Positions 1 to 8,284 of a stretch of 57,601 bases of DNA are shown here, in pieces. Both the position numbers and the translations under genes were made by a program. The notes beneath the pieces are model-generated. The model saw only the letters and a list, made by a program, of their open reading frames with translations, had not been told where the DNA came from and made no database searches. Every line of letters starts with the position of its first letter. The stretch's first letter is position 1. Origin of the DNA: a virus (taxonomy: Duplodnaviria > Caudoviricetes); the IMG/VR virus record IMGVR_UViG_3300027956_000010, positions 1 through 57,601 of that record. One strand, 5' to 3'.

Positions 1-161
1 ATATAGCCTACTATTATTGACAAGTGGTGAAAAGGGTGCTAAAAGGGTATATGGGTTACACACCATCTCTCTAACGCATTGATTATTAATCAATTACAAC
101 TAGGAAGTTGGTTGTTTTATCCCACCCTGCCAACATTTGGTTGTCTCCCACCCCTATATAT

Positions 162-188
162 GAAAAGAAATGAGCCCCGAAGGGCTCA
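162..188 (-). terminator. Rho-independent terminator of the 589->197 gene
   Basis: Minus strand reads TGAGCCC-TTCG-GGGCTCA-TTTCTTTTC: 7-bp stem, UUCG loop and U-rich tail, 8 nt past the stop codon. Confidence 0.9.
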
Positions 189-196
189 AGTCTTTA

Positions 197-589
197 TTAG
201 GCAGTCTGCAACTGCGCAAGCAAGCTCTCATCAACCTTAGCAGGATCGAACTCTGTAAGGAAGTAACTAATCTCACGCTCTGCTCTTGCCATTGCTTTCT
301 CCTGATTGATATTAGTGCAACCAGTCAACTGCAATGTTTTACGCTCAACTTGTTGACCATCAACATCAACCATCATCGTACCTTCTGTGAATGTAGCACT
401 GTACAGTGTACCGTCATTCTTCCATTTTGCAAACTCATCTTCTGAGCTCACTGTGAACACAATACCATCGAACTGGTAACGATTGTAAGTCTGACCTTCA
501 AAAGGATGACCTTTTTCTACATTGTAAGGTAATCCAGCTTTTACTGTCTTGATGTTAAGGACATCACGGCCTTTGATTTCTTTTGCCAT
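197..589 (-). CDS. Hypothetical protein (130 aa), divergently transcribed; possibly a beta-rich nucleic-acid-binding protein
   Basis: ATG preceded by an A-rich Bacteroidota-type leader, protein-like composition, own terminator. Function not recognised. Confidence 0.75.
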   Translation of the reverse strand: MAKEIKGRDVLNIKTVKAGLPYNVEKGHPFEGQTYNRYQFDGIVFTVSSEDEFAKWKNDGTLYSATFTEGTMMVDVDGQQVERKTLQLTGCTNINQEKAMARAEREISYFLTEFDPAKVDESLLAQLQTA

Positions 590-629
590 TTGTTTTGTTT
601 TTGGCGGTTAAATAATGGATTTCGAATGT

Positions 630-765
630 GGGGGGTACCCCCAACCACTCAAAACCTAGGAGGGGTTGTTGTTGGAAGTACCCTCCCCTCCCATGCATAG
701 GGGGGTTTTTCCAGTTTCACGTGAAACGGGGGGACTGTCAAACTAGAGGTTTACCCTAGGGGGTA
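630..765. other. GC-rich palindrome/G-tract cluster in the divergent intergenic region
   Basis: GGGGGTACCCCC (631-642), imperfect hairpin 642-668, ATGCAT flanked by C- and G-runs (681-705), GTTTCACGTGAAAC (714-727), CCCTAGGG (754-761). Confidence 0.8.
713..728. promoter_or_regulatory. parS-like palindrome
   Basis: aGTTTCACGTGAAACg matches the chromosomal parS consensus TGTTTCACGTGAAACA at 14/16 positions, including the whole inner palindrome. Confidence 0.55.
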
Positions 766-795
766 TTTTGTAAAGGCATGGGTTTACTAAAAAAA

Positions 796-828
796 TTTGG
801 AGGCTATATGAAGGATCTCCTAACTTTG
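796..828 (+). promoter_or_regulatory. Bacteroidota primary-sigma promoter (-33/-7)
   Basis: TTTG (796-799), 21-nt spacer, TAACTTTG (821-828). Confidence 0.7.
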
Positions 829-989
829 GGGCGGTTGGGTGGGTTAGGAGATTAATACTCCCTACAGATAGATGGTCAATTGGTGCTGTGAATGGTCAAC
901 GGAAACATCCATAACTAAGGATATAAGAATGTCCAAGGTGTATCTGGTAGAAAAAAGAGCATAATATAGCAATAGTGTAAAAGATTGTA

Positions 990-1021
990 TTTGACTATGT
1001 TATAATCTATTCATATCTTTG
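990..1021 (+). promoter_or_regulatory. Bacteroidota primary-sigma promoter for the packaging operon
   Basis: TTTG (990-993), 20-nt spacer, TATCTTTG (1014-1021), 15 nt before ATG 1037. Confidence 0.8.
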
Positions 1022-1036
1022 TATCAACTATATATT

Positions 1037-1381
1037 ATGAAGGTCATATTACAAAAGCTGAAGAAACAGGAAGATAGCGACTATCTGGTAGCAGAGAGAT
1101 ATTATACCATCCTATCAGCTATTAATGATCTGAAGTTGACACAAAGGGAGATACAGCTTATAGCCTTTGCAGCCATAAAGGGGAATATAAGCTATGCCAA
1201 TATTAGGCAGGAGTTTTGTGATAAGTATGGCACTACCAATCCTTCTATAAATAACATCATTTCTAGGCTGAAGAAGATGGGAGTGCTGGTGAAGGATGGA
1301 GGGAAGGTGAAGGTGAATCCCAGGATATTATTAAACTTTGAAAATGACGTCACCCTTGAAGTCAGACTTGTTCATGGATAA
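1037..1381 (+). CDS. Winged-helix DNA-binding protein (RepL-like HTH)
   Basis: LTQREIQLI...SINNIISRLKKMGVLVKDGGKVKVNP is a typical wHTH plus wing. Start moved from TTG 1019, which lies inside the -7 box, to ATG 1037. Confidence 0.7.
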   Translation: MKVILQKLKKQEDSDYLVAERYYTILSAINDLKLTQREIQLIAFAAIKGNISYANIRQEFCDKYGTTNPSINNIISRLKKMGVLVKDGGKVKVNPRILLNFENDVTLEVRLVHG

Positions 1382-1799
1382 ACCTACATCAATGTCTGTC
1401 AAGGACTTCCTGATTAGGAGGTTGGCTGTCAAGATGATGATAAGTGAGAAGACTATTGAAGCGGTGGTGAATCACCAGTTTCAAGAAGCCATTCAGGCGA
1501 CAGGAAAACATAAGAGCCTGGAAATCAGTGGGTTTGGAAAGTTCTTTTTTAATGAGGGGAGGGCAAAGAGGCAGATGGCCAAGTATGAGGACATCAAAGC
1601 AGCCTACGAAAAGAAGCTCAAAGACGAGACACTAACGGACCAACGAAAGAGGTCGCTAGAGATGAAGCTTGAGTCAGTGAAGGATAGCATAAGAGATTTA
1701 AAACCAAAATTCAATGATGTTTTCCCAGATTTACGAGGGATGGAGGAACAACCTTCTTCCCCCAGAGAAACTAAAGACAGCGATAAACGAGACGAGTAG
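1374..1799 (+). CDS. HU/IHF-like DNA-binding protein with coiled-coil tail
   Basis: LIRRLAVKMMISEKTIEAVVNHQFQEA...SLEISGFGKF resembles the HU/IHF helices and GFG motif. ATG 1374 overlaps the upstream gene end. Confidence 0.6.
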   Translation: MDKPTSMSVKDFLIRRLAVKMMISEKTIEAVVNHQFQEAIQATGKHKSLEISGFGKFFFNEGRAKRQMAKYEDIKAAYEKKLKDETLTDQRKRSLEMKLESVKDSIRDLKPKFNDVFPDLRGMEEQPSSPRETKDSDKRDE

Positions 1800-2007
1800 G
1801 GAAAGGATAAACATCTGCAAGGGATGTGAATACCACTCTGCTAATAGAAAGAACTATAAAACCATCCGTCTTGATGCTCATTGTACCCATTGTGGGTGCA
1901 CCCTGTCTGCTAAAACCAAATGTTTGTCATGTGCTTGTCCATTAGAGAAGTGGCTGGCAGTGGTTACACCAGAACAAGAAGAGCAAATCAAGAAAGATGG
2001 AAAATAA
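1714..2007 (+). CDS. Cys-rich putative Zn-binding protein
   Basis: CxxC, HCxxCGC, KCxxCxCPxxKW pattern common in small phage proteins. Confidence 0.75.
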   Translation: MMFSQIYEGWRNNLLPPEKLKTAINETSRERINICKGCEYHSANRKNYKTIRLDAHCTHCGCTLSAKTKCLSCACPLEKWLAVVTPEQEEQIKKDGK

Positions 2008-2233
2008 AGAAATTGCACTTAGAAAGATTCCTCTTAAGGTACTCATAGAAATCCTTCAGGATGTATGGGACCAAGGAGCTGATTATGTGGATATTATAGG
2101 TGTACCTGATGCTATTCAGGATAACATCTGTATTGCGGTGAAAGAGGAATATATGACTGATTCTCAGGATGAAGAGAATCCCTCTCCTGAGAATAAGGAG
2201 ATAACAGACGAAGACTTAAACCAATTAATATGA
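1997..2233 (+). CDS. Small acidic hypothetical protein
   Basis: Overlap-coupled ORF in the operon. Confidence 0.75.
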   Translation: MENKEIALRKIPLKVLIEILQDVWDQGADYVDIIGVPDAIQDNICIAVKEEYMTDSQDEENPSPENKEITDEDLNQLI

Positions 2234-2409
2234 ACCCTGTAGTAGAAGCATGGATTGTTATTGAAAAACTGGGAGCACTGGTGGCTACACCAGGCATCTC
2301 TGAAGATGTTAAAACCCTGGCTAATGAACAGATTGCTAAGCTTATAAAGGATGTAATTACTCCTGGACTAAGCAAGCTCTCTGCAAGTTCAGCTGGAATT
2401 ATAGCCTAA
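2230..2409 (+). CDS. Small hypothetical protein (59 aa, MNPVVEAWIVIEKLG...SAGIIA), absent from the ORF track
   Basis: ATGA overlap with the upstream stop, open to TAA 2407-2409, fills the gap to the next gene. Confidence 0.75.
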   Translation: MNPVVEAWIVIEKLGALVATPGISEDVKTLANEQIAKLIKDVITPGLSKLSASSAGIIA

Positions 2410-2418
2410 ATTGTAGAC

Positions 2419-2700
2419 ATGGGAAGACCCAATGACTATCATCGAGTGATTGCACTTCTTCAGCAATTACATATCAGCTATCCTGAATATAATATGGGTA
2501 GACACATAGCCACAGCGCTAGATGGATATGGAGATGTGTGGGGACTCACTGATAGAGAAATACTGTTTGCTCTTGAGAAGTATAAGGCCGAGCTTGATAT
2601 GGACGTGCCTCATACAGATGAGAGCGAACTCGACCAGATTATAAAGGATGGTATGAATCTGGAGAATATACTAAAAGAAGAAGATGGCGAAGACTATTAA
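2419..2700 (+). CDS. Hypothetical protein
   Basis: 93-aa ORF packed in the operon. Confidence 0.75.
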   Translation: MGRPNDYHRVIALLQQLHISYPEYNMGRHIATALDGYGDVWGLTDREILFALEKYKAELDMDVPHTDESELDQIIKDGMNLENILKEEDGEDY

Positions 2701-3019
2701 AAAAACTACATACATTAATGCTGAGCTAGACTGGGCTGAACAACAGCTTCAAAGCTGGAAAGCTTATGTGGATGCCAATCCTCTTCATGAGTTAAAGGAC
2801 AGGATTGAATGGAAACCTACAGCCAAGGGTGGTATGCTACCCATGGTGATTGCCTCTATCGAAGCACAGGGTAAGTTCATCCAAGAAACCATGAAGAACT
2901 ACTTGGCTCTTCTAGAGGTGGTAGAAAAACTACGTGAGAAAGAAGAAGCTAAAGTGGAGGTTAGAGGTAGTGGAGAATTAAGCTCCATGGCTGAAGACTT
3001 CCTTAAGAGCAGAAGATGA
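2684..3019 (+). CDS. Putative terminase small subunit
   Basis: 111-aa helical protein whose stop overlaps the TerL start (ATGA); C-terminal VRG motif. Function inferred from position. Confidence 0.5.
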   Translation: MAKTIKKTTYINAELDWAEQQLQSWKAYVDANPLHELKDRIEWKPTAKGGMLPMVIASIEAQGKFIQETMKNYLALLEVVEKLREKEEAKVEVRGSGELSSMAEDFLKSRR

Positions 3020-5043
3020 GTGAGCTTAAAAGCATAGACTACAAAGACTGGTTAATTAACCAGGGGCGTCTGCCTGACCGTGAGTCTGCAGAGTATAAGC
3101 CATTCTTTGACTTCCATAGGGAGCTATGTTTAAATGGTGCTATGATGAATGGGGTGTATATTAACCCATTTCTCTATTGGCACCTAAATGTGTGGCACAC
3201 AGAGGTGGATGTTATAGATGAAAGAGGGAGAATCTCCCAGAAATATGCCAATCCCCTGTTACGTGATAACGAATGGTTAGTGACAAGTGAGATAGACAGG
3301 GCACAACAAGAAAAAAAGGGCTTGGTAATACTAGGTATACGACGTTTTGCCAAGTCTGTTTTAGAGGCTTCTTACATAGGGTGGGGCGCTACATTTGATG
3401 AAAACTCCCAGAATGTGATCGCTGGGTTAAATGCCCCCGATATAAAGCTGATCACAGATAAGCTGGACAAGGGCCTCAACTTTTTGCCTGAAGCATGGAG
3501 ATGGCAGAGAGTGGAGGACAACTGGAAAAACCAAGTCACCCTAGGTATTAAGACTAAATCAGGAGAACGTATACCCTTCTCCCAGATCCTCATCCGTAAC
3601 TTGGATGAAGGTAATAACGAAGAAGCTATTGCAGGTACTAAACCACGTAAACTAATTATTGATGAGATTGGTAAGGGAAATTTCCTTCGAGGCTTCCAAG
3701 CTGCTGTACCAGGTTTCACCACACCATATGGATGGGGCTGCTCTCCTATTCTCACTGGTACTGGTGGTGATATGAAGAGATTCATGGATGCAAAGAGCTT
3801 AATGTTTGATGCAGACAACTTTAACTTCCTAACTTATAGCAATGAGAAAGACGAAAGACGTGTTCATGGCTTATTTATTTCGTATAAATATCGAATGGAA
3901 GCTAAGGAAGAAAGTACGTTGGGCGAGTTTTTGGAACAGCCTAAAGGAAGCGATCTTCACAACATTAAGATGTTGGTGAGCAATGAAGATAAAGCAAAAG
4001 AGATAACAGAAGGTAATCTAGAACGTCTTAAGAAGGCAGGTGATAGAGTGGCCTATCTAAAAGAGAAGATGTACTATCCATTAGAAGTGGATGACATCTT
4101 TCTAAATGAGGATACAAACATATTTGATATAGAAGCAGCTAAACGTCAAAAGGGTAGACTGCTTAACCAGGGGCGTACAGGCACTCCTGTTATTCTGTTT
4201 CATGACGGTGAGAAAATCTCTCATGAGTTTACAGACAAACAACCCATCACTAACTTCCCTCTGAAGAATAGTGATCTAAAGGATGCTCCTGTTGTTATAT
4301 ACGAGTTTCCTGTGGAGAATCCTCCATATGGACTCTATGTTGCAGGAGTTGACCCTTATAGACAAGGACAAGCTGCTTATTCGACCTCTCTGGGGTCTGT
4401 TTATATTTATAAGAGAATGCACGACATAACTGGTGAGAAATACCAAGATATGTTCGTAGCTTCGTATTGTGCAAGACCTGATAAGAAGGAAACCTGGGAA
4501 GAACAGGCTAGATTTCTCATCAAGTATTATAACGCACGAACGCTCTGTGAAAATGATGATATCTCCTTTATAGAATATATGAAAGCTAAAGGAGATGCAC
4601 ACTACCTTGAGAAACAGCCTGATTGGTTAAAAGAGGTGGTGCCTGGAACTACGGTGAAACGTGAGTATGGTGTGCACAGAAGTTCTGAGAAGATAAGAGA
4701 CTATCTACATAACTGTCTGAAGAAGTATATGGAGGAAGTGGTGTACACAGAGAAGGATGAAGATGGTAATGTAATAAAAGAGGTGATAGGAGTATCAAAG
4801 ATATTTGATCCTGTTCTATTGGAAGAGATAATTCAGTATAACGATCAGGGTAACTTTGACCGTATTATTGCTGCAGAACTTGCTATTGCTCAGGCTCTTA
4901 AGATGGACCCTGTGCTTGGTAAGGTGGGAGGATCTTCTGATCCTAGAGTGAATGCGATATTCAAACCTAACCCAAAGAATGTTCTGTTTACAGAATCTCG
5001 TGGGTTATTTAATAAAAGGAAAAAAAGTAAACTTTTTACATAA
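3016..5043 (+). CDS. terL: Terminase large subunit
   Basis: Walker-A-like GIRRFAKS, Walker B LIIDEIG, motif III GTGG, RNase H-fold nuclease VAGVDPY and GNFDRI; directly upstream of the portal gene. Confidence 0.95.
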   Translation: MSELKSIDYKDWLINQGRLPDRESAEYKPFFDFHRELCLNGAMMNGVYINPFLYWHLNVWHTEVDVIDERGRISQKYANPLLRDNEWLVTSEIDRAQQEKKGLVILGIRRFAKSVLEASYIGWGATFDENSQNVIAGLNAPDIKLITDKLDKGLNFLPEAWRWQRVEDNWKNQVTLGIKTKSGERIPFSQILIRNLDEGNNEEAIAGTKPRKLIIDEIGKGNFLRGFQAAVPGFTTPYGWGCSPILTGTGGDMKRFMDAKSLMFDADNFNFLTYSNEKDERRVHGLFISYKYRMEAKEESTLGEFLEQPKGSDLHNIKMLVSNEDKAKEITEGNLERLKKAGDRVAYLKEKMYYPLEVDDIFLNEDTNIFDIEAAKRQKGRLLNQGRTGTPVILFHDGEKISHEFTDKQPITNFPLKNSDLKDAPVVIYEFPVENPPYGLYVAGVDPYRQGQAAYSTSLGSVYIYKRMHDITGEKYQDMFVASYCARPDKKETWEEQARFLIKYYNARTLCENDDISFIEYMKAKGDAHYLEKQPDWLKEVVPGTTVKREYGVHRSSEKIRDYLHNCLKKYMEEVVYTEKDEDGNVIKEVIGVSKIFDPVLLEEIIQYNDQGNFDRIIAAELAIAQALKMDPVLGKVGGSSDPRVNAIFKPNPKNVLFTESRGLFNKRKKSKLFT

Positions 5044-7634
5044 TGGCTATCATTAGATATACCAAAGATGCTACGATTAGATATGCCTATCTAAACATAT
5101 TCCCTGATCAGTTCAAAACTGACAAGGAAAAGCAAGATGAGAGTTGGATAAAGAACACTATGGACTACTTTGCAAACAAGGCATATGCTGAGTATGTAAA
5201 GAACCGTGACACCTTTGTCAAGAACTATGACCTGATGAAAGGTATTCTTCGCATGGAAGACTTCTATCAAGAACCTCAGGTAAGAAGTTTTACAGATGTA
5301 TTAACAGCTGATTTACAGCTTCCTGCATATGTAAAGATGTATTCCATTATCACCACTCCTGTTAACGAACTAGTTGGTGAGATAACAAAGCGTCCTGATA
5401 CATTTAGAGTGAAGGCATTTGATGATGATAGTAAAGCAGAAGAGCTAGAATTTAAAACTGGTATTCTTCAGGAATATGTCATCTCTCAAGCTCGACAAAA
5501 GATTTTACAGCAAGCTGCTCTAAATGGACAAGAGATAGATGAAGAAGAGTTGAACCAGATGACTATGGAAGATGTGAAAGATGTCTTAGACAGCTACACA
5601 TCTGTTGCTGAGAAATGGGCTAACCATGTTCTCACTTGTCAGAAGGCTGAGTTTAACTTAAAAGAGAAGTCAGAAGATGCCTTCCGTGATATGTTGATAT
5701 CTGGAAGGGAGTTCTATCACATATATGAAGATAACTCTAAGCTTGGGTTTAACATTGAGGTGGCTAACCCCAAGAATACATGGTTCCTTACAACTCCTGA
5801 CAGAAAGTGGATAAGTGATCCTACAGGTAGAGCACAAGGAGCTTATGCTGCTGGTACTGTGCAAGTGATGGAGCTTTCTGAAATCATTGAGAGTATTCCT
5901 GATCTTACAAAAGAAGAGATTGACCATCTAAGAAGTTCTCTCCAAGACTATGGACTAATTAATGTCCGTGAATCAAATTTAGGTAATCCTGATGCAATAC
6001 CTGGTATTGACTCAGTGATGTATGATACATTTGATCCACTGGTTCTTCAGACCCGTATGATTATCGAGAGTGAAATGAAGGAGAACAATGATGGTCTTAA
6101 AGACTTCTTAGGACTTACATCTAATGTATCCTCCTTTGGATACAAGTATGTAGTGGTGAGAAGTTATTGGATTAGTAAAAAGAAGATTGGTAAACTCATC
6201 TATCTAGATGAGCTTGGAAACGAGCAATCTGTTCTAGTTGATGAAAATTATAAGTCTGGTACTATTCCTACACAACAGTCTTTAGAATGGGGATGGATTA
6301 ACCAGTGGTACCAAGGAACTAAGATTGGTCCAGACATTTATCACATCAAACCATTCAAGCTTCTAAATTATTGTCCCATCATTGGTACCACCTTTGAGGT
6401 GAAGAATACAGAGGCTAAGAGTCTGGTAGATTTGATGAAGCCTTTCCAAGTGTTATATAATGTATGTATGAATCAGCTTTACAAGCTTCTTGAGAAGGAA
6501 GTGGGTAAGGTGTATTTAACATCCATTCGTCACATTCCTGTTCCAAAGGATGGTGATGCTCAAGATGCATTAGATGTATGGGAATTAGAAGCTCGTAATC
6601 GTGGTGTGGTATTTATTGATGATAGCCCTGAGAACCTGAAGAGTCCTTCAAGCTTTAACCAGTTTAGAGATATTGACCTTACACGTACTCAGGAGATTCA
6701 GTCTCGTTATACACTTGCTCAACAGCTTAAGAATGAATGTTGGGAACTAGTAGGTATGAGTAGACAGCGTATGGGATCTGTATCAGCTAGTGAATCTGCT
6801 ACAGGTGTAAACACTGCTGTTCAACAATCTTATTCTCAAACAGAACCTTTGTTCGTAGCACACGAATATGTTATGGGTCAGCTCTACCAAGCTATTATTG
6901 ATGCTGCTTTGTACGTAGAGTCTAAGAAACCTCAGTCTACACTCTCTTATATCACTAATGAAGGAGAGTCTGCTTTTGTTACAGTGAATGGGTCTGATCT
7001 TAAGTTCCGTGATTTGAAAGTGTTCTTGACCAATCGTCCTGAGGATACACAAATGTTCAATGAACTTCGTCAGCTTTCTCAGGCTGTTATACAGAATGGC
7101 GGTTCTCTATATGATGTGATTGAGCTTTATAGCACTAAATCTATGAGAGCTATGAAGAAGGTGTTTAAAGGGTTGCGTGATAAACAAGATGGTATCCAGC
7201 AACAACAAATGCAACAGCAACAGCAACAGATTGAGCAACAAAGAGAAATTGCAGCTGCTCAAATGGAACAAGCCATGGCTATGAAAGAGCAAGACATAGC
7301 AAATGAGAACTATCAGAATGAGCTTGATCGTATAAATAAGAAAGAAATTGCTCTAATTGCTGCTGAATCTAAAGCAGGTCCTTTGAGTGATATTGATGCT
7401 AGTGGTACTCCTGACGTATTGGAAATCAGTAAGTTAGCCGCAGAACAATCTAAAGCTGGCAAAGAGTTTGAAGCAAAGATGGCTGACATTAACAGCAAGA
7501 ACAAACTTGCTGCTGAGAAGCTAGCTGTTGAAAGAGAAAAGCTTCAGGTGGCTAGAGAGAATCAGGCAAATGATTTAGCAATAGCAAAAGAAAATGCAAA
7601 GGGTAGGGCTAAACAACCTAAACCTAAGAAATAA
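5043..7634 (+). CDS. Portal protein (crAss-like)
   Basis: 863 aa after TerL; GMSRQRMG-SVSASESATGV portal-type motif; long Q-rich C-terminal helical barrel. Confidence 0.9.
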   Translation: MAIIRYTKDATIRYAYLNIFPDQFKTDKEKQDESWIKNTMDYFANKAYAEYVKNRDTFVKNYDLMKGILRMEDFYQEPQVRSFTDVLTADLQLPAYVKMYSIITTPVNELVGEITKRPDTFRVKAFDDDSKAEELEFKTGILQEYVISQARQKILQQAALNGQEIDEEELNQMTMEDVKDVLDSYTSVAEKWANHVLTCQKAEFNLKEKSEDAFRDMLISGREFYHIYEDNSKLGFNIEVANPKNTWFLTTPDRKWISDPTGRAQGAYAAGTVQVMELSEIIESIPDLTKEEIDHLRSSLQDYGLINVRESNLGNPDAIPGIDSVMYDTFDPLVLQTRMIIESEMKENNDGLKDFLGLTSNVSSFGYKYVVVRSYWISKKKIGKLIYLDELGNEQSVLVDENYKSGTIPTQQSLEWGWINQWYQGTKIGPDIYHIKPFKLLNYCPIIGTTFEVKNTEAKSLVDLMKPFQVLYNVCMNQLYKLLEKEVGKVYLTSIRHIPVPKDGDAQDALDVWELEARNRGVVFIDDSPENLKSPSSFNQFRDIDLTRTQEIQSRYTLAQQLKNECWELVGMSRQRMGSVSASESATGVNTAVQQSYSQTEPLFVAHEYVMGQLYQAIIDAALYVESKKPQSTLSYITNEGESAFVTVNGSDLKFRDLKVFLTNRPEDTQMFNELRQLSQAVIQNGGSLYDVIELYSTKSMRAMKKVFKGLRDKQDGIQQQQMQQQQQQIEQQREIAAAQMEQAMAMKEQDIANENYQNELDRINKKEIALIAAESKAGPLSDIDASGTPDVLEISKLAAEQSKAGKEFEAKMADINSKNKLAAEKLAVEREKLQVARENQANDLAIAKENAKGRAKQPKPKK

Positions 7635-8164
7635 TGTTTGATAGGCTCATAGACCTAATTGTAAACTGGTTTGAACAACTGCTCCCATTCTTCATTGTGA
7701 GGGATTATGAGGAAGCAGTTGTTCTAAGGTTTGGTAAGTTCCACAGAGTTGCTAAACCTGGTTTTCACTGGCGCATTCCATTTGTGGATGATCCAATGGA
7801 ACAGCACGTAGTGGTCACTACATTGAGCCTTCCCCCACAGAGCTTGTATACAAAAGATAAGCAGAACATTGTGGTGAAAGGAGTGATTAAGTATAGAATA
7901 GCTGACATCCAAACCTTCATTCTAGAGGTATATGATGCTCAGGATGCTATATCAGATATGACTCAGTCAATCATCAAGAACATCATTATGGATAAAACCC
8001 TTGATGAGTGTATTGATCCTGAGATTGACAACACCCTCACGAAGAAAGCTAGAGTGGAAGCTAAGAAGTGGGGAGTTGAAATACAACAAGTCACCCTTAC
8101 TGACTTAGCCCCAATCAGGAGTTACAGGCTCATAAATGATACGGTGATAAACAAACTTGATTAG
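7634..8164 (+). CDS. SPFH/Band 7 (stomatin/HflK-like) domain protein
   Basis: YEEAVVLRFGKF..PGFHWRIPFVD, TKDKQNIVV, KKWGVEIQQVTLTDL are SPFH hallmarks. Confidence 0.9.
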   Translation: MFDRLIDLIVNWFEQLLPFFIVRDYEEAVVLRFGKFHRVAKPGFHWRIPFVDDPMEQHVVVTTLSLPPQSLYTKDKQNIVVKGVIKYRIADIQTFILEVYDAQDAISDMTQSIIKNIIMDKTLDECIDPEIDNTLTKKARVEAKKWGVEIQQVTLTDLAPIRSYRLINDTVINKLD

Positions 8165-8222
8165 AGTAAATTACATTAATGCTATATTATACGTGAAAAA
8201 CCTTAATATAGATACATAACTC

Positions 8223-8253
8223 TTTGTCATTCAATAATATCTATCTATTTTTA
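8223..8253 (+). promoter_or_regulatory. Probable promoter for the scaffold/capsid genes
   Basis: TTTG (8223-8226), 19-nt spacer, TATTTTTA (one mismatch to TAnnTTTG). Confidence 0.5.
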
Positions 8254-8284
8254 CGTCTTATAAACCAATTTAAAACAACTACAT

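Noticed and set aside
170-445. + strand 91-aa ORF
   Set aside because: Antisense shadow of the 589->197 gene; starts inside its terminator.
1019-1036. TTG start at 1019 (also the 1338 and 17730 starts)
   Set aside because: They overlap promoter boxes or upstream genes; ATGs at 1037, 1374 and 17804 fit better.
7198-7240. Poly-Gln run in the portal
   Set aside because: Q-rich helical barrels are ordinary in podophage portals.
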